From assembly GCF_006345805.1 (NCBI RefSeq), contig NW_021835005.1:1-43463 (forward strand): a stretch of 43,463 bases of DNA, read 5' to 3'. The notes beneath the pieces were generated by a model. It made no database searches. It had not been told where the DNA came from and worked only from the letters and a program-made list of their open reading frames with translations. The stretch comes from Octopus sinensis (lineage: Eukaryota). Position 1 is the stretch's first letter, and each line of letters opens with the position of its first letter. Made by a program: the position numbers and the translations under genes. This document shows, piece after piece, positions 24,553 through 39,710 of this stretch.

Positions 24553-25759
24553 GATATATGTAGGTATATATATGTATGTATATATATATATTTATATATT
24601 ATATATATATGTATACGTATATATGTATACATACATATTTAAGTACTCTTAGTTGATAAAGGCATCATCTTGTTTGTGGATAGTCAGTGTATGATGCATT
24701 ATTTAACGTGGTTGTCCAACCGCTTACACGCAGTTCCTGTTCATGCAATCTTCGTGTTCATTGTTAAAGCAAATAAATTAGAGAATAACAGATTTCTTGT
24801 CTGTCCTGGATGATTTACTATGTTAATCCAACATTGTAGAGAAATGAGGCAGTGTGCAATTTCCTTACGTATGCAACTAACGCCAACAGCGTAATGGATT
24901 CCATCGGTGCTTTTGGGGATGTTTTATTTTTCCTAATACAAACGCAGCGTGCGGTAGAAGGGTACTTGATCAATCGGCAGGAAAGCAGAACAGAATAAGA
25001 AAACAGCGAAGGATGAGGTAGTGGATTTTCTCACTTTCTTAATTCTACATATGCATTTAATTCCAACGATTTATTCTTCACTAACTACACAAGTACTGTT
25101 CAGCCTTTTGGGCCTTCTCACTGAATAATAATATAGCATTAATATTAATAATTCAAAGAGATATTACATTTCAAAAAATAATTCCATTTTAACATACGTT
25201 CATATTCCGTTTGTAGTTGTGTGAAAATCTGGAAATTGTTTAACGGAGTTAAAGTGGTTAAAGCGTATAATTCAAAATGTTTTCTCGTTTGTCCTCAGAA
25301 CAGTCTTTTCTATATTCCGGTTTCTTCTACTTTCTTCTCTGTAATGTCTCGTTCAGTAAAGCCCATACGTTTTAACTCCTTGAAACCTAAATTCACTTCA
25401 GATTACGATTACACTTTTTTTTTTAATCTGTGACCGCCTATTGGAGAAATTTTGTCCTACGTTGACATTAAAACCATCAATTCCCGTTTATATGGAAAAG
25501 AGTACTTTTTAATATCATAGAACTGCATGTGAAGAGAGTTTTACGTATCGTGCATATTTTAAGAGAATTCTACAAATGTGCAAATAATCAGTAAATGTCT
25601 GATGCAAAATCTACACCCTTATTTTCGGTTCCTTCAGCAGCTGCCCCGGAAGTTACTGGAAAATACATTTTTAATGTATCTGAAGAATATTTACAGATAT
25701 AGCTGAGGCCATCGTCCTGTAGTGGACTGAACATGGGAAAACCAATCCAATCCAAGGTT

Positions 25760-25805
<46 letters not shown>

Positions 25806-25806
<1 letters not shown>

Positions 25807-25904
25807 TCTTTTACTCTTTTACTGGCCATGTTGGAGCACCACCTTTAGTCAAGCAAATCGACCCCAGGGCTAACTCTTTGTAAGCCTAGTACTTATTCTA
25901 TCAG

Positions 25905-25905
<1 letters not shown>
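25806..25905 (-). mobile_element. SINE family A 3' fragment
   Basis: ggccatgttggagcaccacctttagtc...agtacttattctatc matches the family A tail. Confidence 0.8.
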
Positions 25906-25948
<43 letters not shown>

Positions 25949-26671
25949 CAAACTAAGGTTACATTAGACATTTTGTTCCTGATAAGAAACAATCACTGTA
26001 TTATTGATATATATATATATATATATATGCATCTATACACCTTGATACTTTGATAGGTTTCGGTCAGTATTGGTCCAGGCCATGTCTAACTTAATAGCAC
26101 CACCTGACGAATTCTTTCAAATCAGGAATCGGACAACTTGGTCCACACGAGTAGAGAGTTATTGTTTACGGAGGTCTGTTTCTAATTTAATGAGTTTTTG
26201 GTGCAATGTTAAAGAGAGTAGGACCAATTGAGATGAAGGAATTGTGCTGTATTGTTGTTATGAGATGCAAGTGTGATTTATGTTGTGGGCAGAGAGCAGG
26301 ATGCCCAAGTCTTGGGTGTATCTTAAAGGTGATGCCAACAGCATCTGGGCAATGCTGATGGAATATTTTCTACACCATGCAGATGATCTAGCGCTCACAG
26401 CGACGTTGGGGACCAGATTGGAAGACAGTATTCAAGATGGAGACGGACAAAAGTGGAGATTATATATATATATATATATAAAATATAATATAATAAAAGT
26501 AAATAATATCTTTAATAGTTTTTCTTTAAAAAAACAAATTATATTACTTACGGGTAGATTTCGGCATGTAAATATAACCATTAACGGTAGGAACTTTTAT
26601 AAAAGTTCAATATATATTTTTGTATATAAATAAAAGAGGCAGGCAACAGGTTGCTTAGCCACATACGACAC

Positions 26672-26737
<66 letters not shown>

Positions 26738-27184
26738 ACATACATATGTACATTCATACGTATATATGCACATATATTGTGAGATATTATTGTAGTTCAA
26801 CCTTGTGTTTGATTTAAATAGCGATTTTCTATAAGGTTTGTTCGTGAGCAGAAGAATAAAATAGTTGGCCTCTAATTAGTGATCAGTAAACCATGATTTA
26901 GGTTAGCAGAAAATTATTTAGCTTTTAGTTTTCTGCGCCAAAGAGAATAATAATACGTCATACATACATACATACACATATATATATATACATATATATA
27001 CGCACATTTATACATACATACATATCTATGTATTTCTTTGTGTTTGTATAAACACGCACAGACGCACGCACATACACATACATAATACATACATACATAC
27101 ATACATACATAAATTCATACATATACAACATATATGTAACACATATACGCGGGTGATTGTAGATACATGAATATCGCTCTGTCT

Positions 27185-27685
<501 letters not shown>

Positions 27686-29570
27686 GTCTACATAAATCTG
27701 CTTTTCTCTCCCACACAGTCTGTCTGCATATATACTTAGATATCTTATTCTTTTCGTGACATCACTTGCAGTTTTGCATCACACGATGCTTATTAAAGGA
27801 ACAACACGAAGAAATTCGAAGATTTCCAATATATCATTATGTACGTGAGCTTTGAAAATACATCATTAACTGAGGAATATGTTTAATTTTTGTTTTTGAG
27901 CATCAATACCATAAAAGTAATCTAAACTTTTGCCTTACTAATAAGTACTATCTTTATAATCCTTATTAGAATTATACGTATGAATAGTAAGTAAAACTTA
28001 CTAAATTCTTGCTTAGATTCATTAAGCTATCGTTTCTCACGCCATGTTTTATGAAACTCATTTATTTAGCATTGATACCATTCCACTCTCTTCTATTGTA
28101 ATTAATTTCCATTCCTATACTCGTGCTCATTAAACACCCGCAGCGCACATATATTGAATGCATGTAGAACTTCGGAAATATTTATTCATCATCGTTCTCT
28201 TCACAATAATATCATCGTAAGACTTTATTCCAAAGTCTAAATCATTTTTATCTTTTATTTAATAGATTTCTATTAACTTACATTTGCTACCATACTAAAA
28301 ACATAAGTATATTTCTTGAGACTAATGCCGACATAGTCGCATATGTTGCTACCTCTCCATTGATCTAAGTTCCAAACAGACTTGTTAACTTAATTAGCAA
28401 TTTAGATGAAACAAGTTCCATGAACTGGAAGAGAAAGTGCAGACTGTTTGTCTGGCTATTTTTTACAGCATCTAATCTTCCTATTTTACGATTTCTGTTC
28501 AAATTTCGGTCGGAAATTTTACAATACAGAGAATCTTTCTGCCTAACTTCACATTTGCATTGTAGATATGTTTCTTTATTAGCCACACAGGGCTGCACAC
28601 AGACAGAACAAATTACAAGGTAGAGCTTTTCTTTTCGGGGTAAAAAAAAGGGGGTTGGTTTTCGATCAAAAGGGATCGTAAAAGGAAAGAAAGAGGACAA
28701 AAAAGGGGAGGATTAAAAAAAAAAAAAAAAGAAAAGGGGAGAGGAAAAAAAGTTGATTAATAGGGATCGTAATCACAGAAATGTCAATATGAAGTGTAAA
28801 GGGGAGGACAGGTGAGGTTTACCCGTGGAAAGAAAAGCCTACGGAAAAGACCACGGTAACCTCGGTCAATGAAGTCACATGTTATATTTCTTTTTTTTTT
28901 TTTGCAAATAAGCAACTCTCTGTATTAATTTTTACGGTTCATAGAATCATAATCAAGGTGGCTTCGTCATTCATACGTGCCATCCTTGCTACATTCATCC
29001 ATCTTTTTTTAAAACAATAGTAGTCACTCACTGACCCCGCCACCCATACATGAACTCTATGGTGTCTCAATTCCCGGTGGCAGTGAAAACACACACACAC
29101 ACACACACATTATATCCTACATGCTGTTGCCTATCACAACGGGCAATTTAATAGCAAGGACACCACAGTCCACTCTTCCTTAAGAAGTAATATCGGCATC
29201 ATTACCCGATAAAAGCGTAACAATATATTCTCTCTCGAAAGCGCAAAGCGATACTGGCTACGGTATTCGGCAATAAAGTTAAGGGAAAATGCCCCAGGGG
29301 ATACGTTCTGTAAACTAAATACACTTACAATAGTGTCTCTTATATGTAATACAGTGTAAAATGAATATTGTTATTTGCTCGAAGCATTAATGTATACAAG
29401 AATGACACAAGTGTTTGTAAAACTTTGAGCAATGCTTTGAGTGAGGGGTTAACCAATGAATGATAAAGATATTACCGTAACATAAATAGATGGTATATCG
29501 AATACAACGAATCCAATGAGCATTTTGATTATTTATTTATATTTGAAAAGTGGATTTATACCGAAATATT

Positions 29571-29791
29571 TAATTCTTTATTGCCCACAAGGGGCTAAAC
29601 ATAGATGGGACAAACAATGACAGACAAAGGGACACATCGACCCCAGTGCGTAACTGGTACTTAATTTATCGACCTCGAAAGGATGAAAGGCAAAGTCGAC
29701 CTCGGCGGAATTTGAACTCAGAACGTAGCGGCAGACGAAATACCGCTAAGCATTTCGCTTGGCGTGCTAACGATTCTGCCAGCTCGCCGCC
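29571..29791 (-). mobile_element. SINE family B with 15-bp TSD
   Basis: TSD ttataccgaaatatt at 29556-29570 and 29792-29806. Confidence 0.92.
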
Positions 29792-29999
29792 TTATACCGA
29801 AATATTATTACGTTATTAAACAACCTATAGCAGCTAATACAATATCTACAGCTTTCATCCATTGATATTCCCTTAAATATTTTCATTAACTCTGCTGTAT
29901 TGCTCAATTATTTTACAAATACCAGCGGGATTGTCAAGGAAATTACTGAACGAAGACCTCTCAGCCGAAGGTCCTTGTCTTACAAGTTAGTTAGTTACC

Positions 30000-30211
30000 C
30001 CGCTAATGCAGGCTCAACGTAAAAAGCACGGATGCTGGTGCCACATAAAACACACTTAGTACTCTCTGTAAAGTAGTTGACATTAGGAAGAGCATCCAGT
30101 CGTAGAAACCATGCCAAAGCAGATAATGGAACCTGATGCAGCTCTGTATAATCGTCCAACCCCTACTAGCATGGAAAACGGACGTTAAACGGACATTAAA
30201 TGACGATGATT
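30000..30211 (+). mobile_element. Probable retroposon 3' end with (TGA)n tail
   Basis: aggaagagcatccagtcgtagaaac...catggaaaacggacgttaaa...tgacgatgat resembles recalled SINE/RTE-type tails; single copy in this window. Confidence 0.5.
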
Positions 30212-30789
30212 ATGCAGTGAATTGTGAAACTGATACAGCTACAAATATTATCTTGGGGTGTTAACTATTTCTGTTACTCTGTTGTCTTGTATAATTATTT
30301 CTATCTTAGGCATAACATTTGTAGGAGGCCACATTGGATAACTTAAAGCCCTGGATTTCACTGATGGTAATTTCATTGCACCTAAGGGAACACAAATCAA
30401 AGTTAGTTTCGGTAGGATTGGAAGTCATTATGTAAATTCACGTAATAAATTCCTGACAGATATTTCGACTAATTCTGTCGCTCGCCGTCCATCTAATAAC
30501 AATAATAAAGATTAATAAAGAATCGCGAAAGGCTAACAATCTGGGCAAGGCGTGTTGTCGATTAAATCGATAACAGTATTTGTCTGGTACTGATTGTATC
30601 GACTTCGGAATGATTAAACGCAATATTGAACTCGAGAGGATTCGAAGTAATGAGATGGAATTAAATACTACAAAGTGCTGTATCGCATCTACTACTGCGC
30701 AGCTCTTTAGCACAGTCACATTATTATCACTACCCTCATTATTATTACTGCTGCTACCAATTATTATTATTGTTGTTGTTGTTGTTGTT

Positions 30790-30977
30790 AGCGCGCTGGA
30801 AGAAATGCTTAGCGGCATTTCGCCTGTCACTGGATTTTGAGTTCAAATTCCGCCGGAGTCGGCTTTGCCTTTCATCCTTTCGGGGTCGATAAAACAAGTA
30901 CCAGTGAAACACAGAGGTCGATGCCATCCACTAGTCAGCACCCACCAAATTTCAGGCCTTGTGCCTCAGTAGAAAGG

Positions 30978-30980
<3 letters not shown>
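30790..30980 (+). mobile_element. SINE family B, tail-2 variant ending in (ATT)n
   Basis: gagttcaaattccgcc...cctttcatcctttcggggtcgat...aggccttgtgcctcagtagaaagg-attattatt. Confidence 0.85.
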
Positions 30981-31014
<34 letters not shown>

Positions 31015-31120
31015 TATTATTATTATTATTATTATTACTACTATTATTACTATTATTATTATTACTATTATTACTATTAATATTATTATTATTATTAATA
31101 TTATTATTATTATCATTATC

Positions 31121-31152
<32 letters not shown>

Positions 31153-31168
31153 CATTATTATTATTATC

Positions 31169-31202
<34 letters not shown>

Positions 31203-31331
31203 CTATTATTACTATTATTATTATTATTATTAATATTATTATTATTATTATTATTGTTATTATCATTATTATTATTATTATTATTATTATCATTATTATT
31301 ATTATTATTAATATTAATATTATTATTAATA

Positions 31332-31388
<57 letters not shown>

Positions 31389-31410
31389 CATTATTATTAT
31401 TATTATTATT
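30978..31410. repeat. (ATT)n microsatellite
   Basis: Direct reading. Confidence 0.95.
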
Positions 31411-31740
31411 GCTTTTGCGCAACTTCTAACGCTGGAGATGAACAACGGTGTCAGCTGTTCACTACCAGTGAACTAAGGTAATACCTCTTATTTTTCGAGC
31501 GCCTTCCAGACTATTTGAGCGGTTCCAAGCAGTGCTGTTTTCTGCAAGTGCTTGACCCTTTTGCAGCCTCTATTTTTTCTATGTACTTCTCAAGATTTTT
31601 ACTAATTGTTCTCAGGGCTCCGTTAATTATAGACACTATCACCATCTTTTTCATCGACCACAACTGCTTAACCACCCAAGCTAACCTGTCATATCTCTCG
31701 ACTTCTCTTTCTTCCTTATCGCATACCGTGTTGTCAGAAG
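31411..31740 (-). mobile_element. Dong/R4-like LINE 3' end with (TAA)n tail
   Basis: Manual translation DKEEREVERYDRLAWVVKQLWSMKKMVIVSIINGAL...LQKTALLGTAQIVWKALEK* (one frameshift), then a short UTR and aataataat. Confidence 0.82.
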
Positions 31741-32868
31741 ATATGGGTATAAGTGCAGAGGAAATGTTTGATGAGGAAGAGTTTAACCAAGGAGTTGAGA
31801 AGAGGAGGGATGATCTATGAAAATGAGGCGGCGAGCTGGCAGAAACGTTAGCACGCCGGGCAAAATGCTAAGCAGTATTTCGTCTGCCGTTACGTTCTGA
31901 GTTCAAATTCCGCCGAGGTCGACTTTGCCTTTCATCCTTTCGGGGTCGATTAAATAAGTACCAGTTACGTACTGGGGTCGATATAATCGACTTAATCCGT
32001 TTGTCTGTCCTTGTTTGTCCTCTTTGTGTTTAGCCCCTTGTGGGTAGTAAAGAAATAGATCTAGGAAAATGAATATGCATTGTCAGTTTGAAAGAGATAG
32101 ATAGGATATCAAGACTAAAACCACATCGGGGACATGGCTTAAGCAAAGTGATTTGAAACATATTACTGGAAACCTTATATTTGCAGCACATGCCCAATCT
32201 CTTACACCATCTCGCTGAAGTATAACATCTACAAAACTTCTGACACCCAGAAATGCAGACTGTGAAAAGAATGTGGAAAATGTAAACCACTTGGTTAGTG
32301 GATGTGAGAACCTTGTGCAAAAGGAATACAAGCACCACCATGATGAAATATGTCTATTTCTTCATTGGATTTAATGTCGTAAATACGAATACAATGTAAT
32401 GGAGAATTGGTAACGGTTTGTGTCTAGTAAAGTAATGCAGGAGGATGGGAAAGGAAAGATATTCTGGGATTATGATTTTCAGACTGATGGAGTAATTGAG
32501 AAATGCTGACGGGAATTTGTCGTATTGAACAAGGAAGACAAATATTATCAAATCATTGACGTGAATATCGCGAGGAACATGGTTAAAGAAATCATCAAGT
32601 ACTCCAAATTGAAAGTGAAGACGGTAAGACTGATTGGAATGTGAGAAGGTAATGAAAAAGTGATGCCAGTTGTGATTGGAGCATTAAAGTTAATCCCTTT
32701 GATGCTTCAAGACTTCTTAAAGCATTGGGAAATACCATGCAAGATGAGTGCTGCTATGTATTGGGCATATTTTAGGAGAGTATTATCTGAGGTCCTTGAT
32801 GTGACTTGAGTGAGGCCTAAATATTCCGGTGCAGTTTCCATCTATACTGTGGGACAAAGTAATAATTA
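31741..32868 (+). mobile_element. Decayed Dong/R4-like LINE C-terminal region, interrupted by a SINE
   Basis: Manual translation across stops and frameshifts: MHCQF; TWLKQSDLKHITGNLIFAAHAQSL; KCRL(C)..ENVNHLVSGC..EYKHHHD (CCHC knuckle); KIFWDYDFQTD; IIDV; VMPVVIGAL. Confidence 0.82.
31827..32057 (+). mobile_element. SINE family B, full single module with about 15-bp TSD
   Basis: TSD gatcta(t/g)gaaaatga at 31812-31826 and 32058-32072. The central cctttcatcctttcggggtcgat..aagtaccag resembles the MetaSINE domain (recall). Confidence 0.92.
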
Positions 32869-33750
32869 TTCTTTCTACTAGAGGTACAAGACCTGAAATT
32901 TTGGCTGGAGTGGGTTAATCAATTACATCAACCCCAGTACTTGATTGGTACTTTATTGATTGTTATTTTATTGATCCTGAATTGTTAAATTTTGTCCGAA
33001 GCGCAAACGACTCGACCAGGGGCATAAAGCCAATAATTCTGAGAGGAGGGGTCAACCGATACCATCCACCGCAATGTTTGACTGGTGCTTCACTTTATCT
33101 ACCTCACGATAATAAAAAGAAATATCGAATTCAGCGAGATATAAAACTGAGAATACCAAGAGCCGGAAAAAGTGTCGCAAGACAATTTTTCCGATAATGT
33201 TTCTTCCTAATTTAGGCATAAAGCCTAAAATTTATGAAGAGGGCTCTACACGATTACATTGACCCCAGTACTCAAGTGTTACTTACTTCATCGACTCAAA
33301 AAGATAAAAGGCAAAGTTGGCCTTGGTTACTCAGAATGTAAACACGGACGAAATGCCGCTGAGCATTTTGTCCAGAGTGTCATTATATCAGCTGACCGGC
33401 TTAGTTTTACCGATAATAATAAGAAATAATACTTTCTACTAAAGGCACAAGGCCTCAAATTTTGGGGGAGGGGACTAGCCGATTAATTTATCGACTCCGA
33501 AAAAGTGAAGGCAAGGTCGACCTCGGCAGAATTTGAACTCAGAATGTAGCGACAGGCGAGGTGCTAATGGTTCTGCAAGAGCCAAACGGATTCATCGATA
33601 CCATCGAACCCTATATTTAACTAGTACTCTACATTATCGGCCTCGGGGGGATGAAAGGTAAAGTTGATGGCAGTGAAGTCCTAGTTCATGACATAGGACC
33701 AGAAGGAAAGATGCTAAGCATTTTGTGCGACGCGCTAACGATTTTGCAAC
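32868..33750 (-). mobile_element. Cluster of several decayed SINE B (tail-2) copies
   Basis: Repeated tttctacta..ggcacaaggcc..aaattt, gacccc and ggcaaagtcgacctcgg motifs at about 32870, 33020, 33200, 33430 and 33600. Confidence 0.7.
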
Positions 33751-34822
33751 TCCGAATCATGATCTCAACAAAATGGCTGCATTTTTAGTGCAGCTTAGTA
33801 ACGTACGTGGATCAGTGGTTTGTATTCTTCTATTAACTGTGACATGTTGAATAAAATAAACTGTCTTTAAACTGGTAAGTGGAACAGTACCAAGTTTTCA
33901 CTATAAAGCTGATAATTCTATTAGAATCACAAATATATATTACAGGTGTGATTTTGATTGAAAGATATTTTGGTTGGTTCTGTCGTGCGCCGACTTCACC
34001 AAAAGTAGTAGCAACAATAGACAAAAATATGAGCGGCCGATCGGTGATGTGAACGTATATTTTTACAGCAATAAAACACAGTAATAAGAGATTCATAAAT
34101 CTGTCTTTTCTCGTTAAATGGAAATCCCATATGTCTATTATGATGACATTTGCTGTTGTCCTCCTACTATATCTTCATTTTGGATTCATTACAATCTCGA
34201 CTTTTTCCTTTCTTCTTCGATTTGTTGCTGTTGTTTCATGCGCTTTCAAGAGGTGTTATTTTGATATTTGCATGACAGGATATACTAGCAGGCTTTTAAC
34301 GTAGAAAATTTATAGATTACATATGTGTTTGTACGAGTGCTGGACAAATGTATTTATTATATTCATCTGCCTGGAGGTTTGGGAGCAAAAGTCAGTTTAA
34401 TACAGCATTTATGGTTTGACATTCTGTCGTATTTTTAACAATATGGCGACCGAAAAACAAGTAGAGTAGATACATCACCCTTCCAAAGAAAGTTTATAGA
34501 AGCTTTTTCTAGTGACAACATCAAAGCGTTTTGCTGAGATTGCTTCAAATAAGGAATCTTTAAATTTAAAGAGACCGCTAACCTAGAAGTATCAAAGGCT
34601 ACACTGCGTTAGAGAGCACTCTAATTCTTTGCCTGAAGAAGTATTTAAAACAAGAAAGCGAACATAAGATGATCACACCAAAAATTGACGCAGGATACCT
34701 ATGGAAGTATTTCTTCCTCAATTTGGCCTCCGAATGCAACGCGTTCCTTACAGCCATTTTTCGTCGCTGAAATATAAGAAAATTTTACGTTTTACTGAAC
34801 ATTATTTCAATTGAATATATTT

Positions 34823-34964
34823 TAACTGGTACTTAATTTATCGACCCCGAAAGGATGAAAGGCAAAGTCGACCTCGGCAGAATTTGAACTCAGAACGTAA
34901 CGGCAGACGTAATACCGCTAAATGTTTCGCCCAGTGTAATAACGTTTCTGCCAGCTCGCCGCCT
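34823..34964 (-). mobile_element. SINE family B, 3'-truncated
   Basis: Head and core present, tail absent. Confidence 0.88.
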
Positions 34965-35146
34965 TTGTAAGGCTGTGAGTGGACATTTATGGTAGGACTT
35001 TCTATTTTGATTCGCTTATCTTAGTTCTTAAATGTTGAAATTTTGGGCTCGTTCTGCTCCCTTGTCAATTAAGGACAGTGTGTAATTCCTGTAGAGGAAA
35101 GTATCATTTCATTCATGAAGTCTAATGTCACGGATGTTTGCATCCG

Positions 35147-35749
35147 ATACCTATTTCTTTATTACCCACAAGGGGCTAAACATAGAGGGGACAAACAAGG
35201 ACAGACATAGGTATTAAGTCGATTACATCGACCCCAGTGCGTAACTGGTACTTAATTTATCGACCCCGAAAGGATGAAAGGCAAAGTCGACCTCGGCGGA
35301 ATTTGAACTCACGACGTAATGGCAGACGAAATACCTATTTCTATATTACCCACAAGGGGCTAAACACAGAGGGGACAAACAAGGACAGACATAGGTATTA
35401 AGGCGATACATCGACCCCAGTGCGTAACTGGTACTTAATTTATCGACCCCGAAAGGATGAAAGGCAAAGTCGACCTCGGCGGAATTTGAACTCACAACGT
35501 AATGGGAGACGAAATACCTATTTCTATATTACCCACAAGGGGCTAAACACAGAGGGGACAAACAAGGACAGACATAGGTATTAAGTCGATTACATCGACC
35601 CCAGTGCGTAACTGGTACTTAATTTATCGACCCCGAAAGGATGAAAGGCAAAGTCGACCTCGGCGGAATTTGAACTCACAACGTAACGACAGACGAAATA
35701 CCGCTAAGCATTTCGCCCGGCGCGCTAACGTTTCTGCCAGCTCGCCGCC
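35147..35749 (-). mobile_element. SINE family B, three tandem 183-184 bp modules under one head, with TSD
   Basis: atacc junctions at 35147, 35331, 35514 and 35698; flanking gatgtttgcatcc(g/a)atac is duplicated. Confidence 0.93.
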
Positions 35750-36263
35750 TGATGTTTGCATCCAATACTGCCATTTCCTTTCGTTATAACGAACAAATAA
35801 TATGGTGTGCTTGACATGGGATGGCATGAATGGAAGACAATGTTTGGAATCCGTAGGTTTTTCACTAAATGTCGATCTTTATTTGGTTCATGAATTTATT
35901 AAAATAGCTAAAAATGTGAGTTGGTTGTGGTTGTATTCCGTAGTGAATTTTTAGACACCCAAATAAAATAAGTGTATGTATGTACTTACCACACCAAATT
36001 GCCGCCATATAAACAAAACACATACACTGTCTGTACGACCGCCAATATATGGATATAAAGATATATATATATAATAGAAATATTAAAATTACTAAGTCTC
36101 TCTAAAGGAGATTACGGCAGCGTTACTGGAAATTAATAGTTATTGCCATACTTATATGGCAGTCTTATAAATATAAGATTAAAGCTGTCGCTGATTAGCT
36201 CCAAGAGGCCACCACCTCAAGCTAGCCTATTTGACACACAACCTGCGTCCATTATAAACTTCG

Positions 36264-36312
<49 letters not shown>

Positions 36313-36315
<3 letters not shown>

Positions 36316-36568
36316 TTAAGTATAGGAAAGAATGGAGCTGAACGAAGATTTAACAAAATTCCTTTATTTCATTTTCTCTTCTTTTTTTGTTCAGCTCCAT
36401 TCTTTCCTATACTTAATATATAAAACTTCAAATTTCCGCACTAAGGCACGGATTTTATGCCCCATGGTCGTAACTTCAACCGTGCCCTTTCTGTTGTGAA
36501 TTTTGCTACCCAGGTATCGGTTATCTTTTGAATTATCCGTAATAAGATAATTCATTTATCTACTTCAA

Positions 36569-36570
<2 letters not shown>
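36313..36570 (+). mobile_element. Asymmetric inverted-repeat island in (TA)n
   Basis: Perfect 31-bp arms 36313-36343 and 36389-36419, followed by a unique tail to the next TA tract. Confidence 0.55.
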
Positions 36571-36604
<34 letters not shown>

Positions 36605-36666
36605 CATATATATATATATTTATATGTCTGTATATATTCGTATATTGGGGAAATATATATATATGA

Positions 36667-36711
<45 letters not shown>

Positions 36712-36986
36712 ATATTTTTATGCTCGAGTGTTATCGTTTCGTTTCGTTTAGTCGTGTTTTTCACTTGTCTCATTATATTGAATTCATAGGCAGAGTAGCG
36801 TGCAAAACCAATTTCCTTCTCAAAACTTATACGCGTACACACTCACGCACACACGCACGCACGCACACACATACACAAACACATAGACACGCTTACACAT
36901 ACACACACAAATGCATACATGCATTCATGCATTCATGCAAATATATATATACATATGCGCATCAACAAATATGAGAATAGTATGCA

Positions 36987-36987
<1 letters not shown>

Positions 36988-37031
<44 letters not shown>

Positions 37032-37143
37032 CACTACCACTACCACTACTACTACTGCCACTACTACTACTACCACCAACACTACTACTACAATCATGAC
37101 CACCACCACCGCCATCACCACCACCACTACTAATACTACTACA

Positions 37144-37187
<44 letters not shown>

Positions 37188-37188
37188 C

Positions 37189-37219
<31 letters not shown>

Positions 37220-37270
37220 ATACTATTGCCACCACCACCACCACCACCACAATCACTACTACTACTATTA
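36988..37270. repeat. (ACT)n/(ACC)n microsatellite
   Basis: Direct reading; explains the poly-T/V/S ORFs. Confidence 0.95.
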
Positions 37271-37654
37271 ATAAATGTAGAAGAAACACATACCATTGCG
37301 TCGTTACCAAATTGTTTAAGCTGAAGCCAGAGAAAGTAACGAAGTAACAGACATTGATATTATTTTTTTGTTACTTCTACAGTATTTCCAACACTTTGTT
37401 CTATTGCTTTCTCTTACGTTCGTTTCATACCATTTGGTTTTATTTCTGGCTTCCTTTACCTCAGTTTCGTCATGGAAACAAAGATATTGATCATAAAATC
37501 CAGTCATGTGAAAAAGTTTGAATTTTCGTTACTTCCCCCTTTTTTTTCCACCTCTCATTTCTCGCGCATTTCTTCACCTCTGCTTAATATCACAGGCCAA
37601 CCAATTCCTGGGTATATTCGTGAGTACATACATACATATATGTGTGTATGTATA

Positions 37655-38005
<351 letters not shown>

Positions 38006-38789
38006 GTGAGTGCGACTTCTTTAATAGTACTTAGTACTTGATTTCTATTTATATAATTTGAAAATATTTTATAAAGTTTTGAAGAAATATTTTAAGATAT
38101 AGCACATATATTATTTTTTATTCATTTTCTCGAAGAAGAAATGAGAATTTCTATCGGAAACATCCTTAATGCAACATTAACTAAATGCAAAACATTACCA
38201 ATTATTTTATTTCGAATGAAAAATGTTTTTCACTGTATTTTAGTTCCATGTTGCGAAGCGTTTAAGAGAATACCAAAAGAGATTCCTTGCATAAATGAAG
38301 GCCAAAGAAAATATATAAATAGAAAACCATATGAGGAAGAATGCAACCAGTCAAGTAAATAACGAATCTATGGAATTCCATAAATAAAAACAAAAACAAC
38401 AAACAAACAAAAACAAAAGTAAATGGTTCGAAATAGTTGAAAATTTTCACAAAACCATTTTCACACAGTGGCTAATCATTATCATATTGAAATATATATA
38501 TATATGCGTACGCATGCGTGCTTATATATATGTAGTCATATAATGGTATGCATATACATAAATATGTGTGTATATATGTCTGTCTGTGTCTGTGTTTAGA
38601 TATATATGTAAGCAAATGTGTATTTGTGTATATACATGTATATATATACATATACATACATAATAAATATATATATATATATGCATAATAATGATAATAA
38701 CAACAACAACAACAACAACAACAACAATAATAATAATAATGATAATAATATATCATTGTTGAATTGCTACGTGGTGGTTCTTCTCTAAT

Positions 38790-38838
38790 CTATATATAAA
38801 TATATATCTATACACACACATATATATATATATACATA

Positions 38839-38896
<58 letters not shown>

Positions 38897-38985
38897 ACAT
38901 ACATATATATATATATAATATATATATATATGTGTGTTTGTGTGTGTGTGTGTGTATATACATACAAATAAACATATACTTATAT

Positions 38986-39016
<31 letters not shown>

Positions 39017-39128
39017 ACACGCTACATACACACACACACATATATATATGTATGTATCTATCCATATATCTATATCTATCTATATATATATATATATATA
39101 TATATTATGTATATATATATCTATGTAT

Positions 39129-39217
<89 letters not shown>

Positions 39218-39248
39218 ACGTATATATACATACACATATATATATATT
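38790..39248. repeat. (TA)n/(CA)n microsatellite field
   Basis: Direct reading. Confidence 0.93.
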
Positions 39249-39710
39249 GTTGCCTTATACAAAATACGTATACTGAGAAATACATTTATGTATCACACTT
39301 CAGAACATAGTGTCTGTGACTTTTAATAAAAAGCATATTCAAAATTCAACGTTCTATCAAGGTAAATACCATTTTGAAAATCTAATATGAACAAAAAATA
39401 AAGATTCGCTGGAATCAAACTCCATTTGAATCATTTCGTTCTAAATTGCTCATGACATTTAATATAATACAATATAATATGATATATTTCTATATGGATG
39501 TATATATACACTTACATGTGTACATGTATGTATGTATGTACGTATGTATTTATGTATCTATATATCTATCTTTCCATCTATCTATCAGTCTATATTCAAC
39601 TTACGGATTCAGAATTTGAATTGTGTAGATAGTCGTTGACACATTCTTGCCGGTCGGGACACATGTTAAGCCCCAATGTATATTTTTTTGTGCTAAAATC
39701 TATGTATATA

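Noticed and set aside
26050-26140. Hammerhead-like words (ctgacga on plus; ctgaccgaaac on minus)
   Set aside because: Neither strand gives a complete core with correctly placed stems.
28365-28700. 111-aa Cys-containing ORF
   Set aside because: No recognisable motif, and it starts in a low-complexity purine-rich tract.
35147-35749. CRISPR-like array
   Set aside because: Whole modules repeat with no unique spacers, and the context is a eukaryotic SINE.
36919-37347. Poly-Thr mucin-like ORF
   Set aside because: ACT/ACC microsatellite with no supporting exon context.
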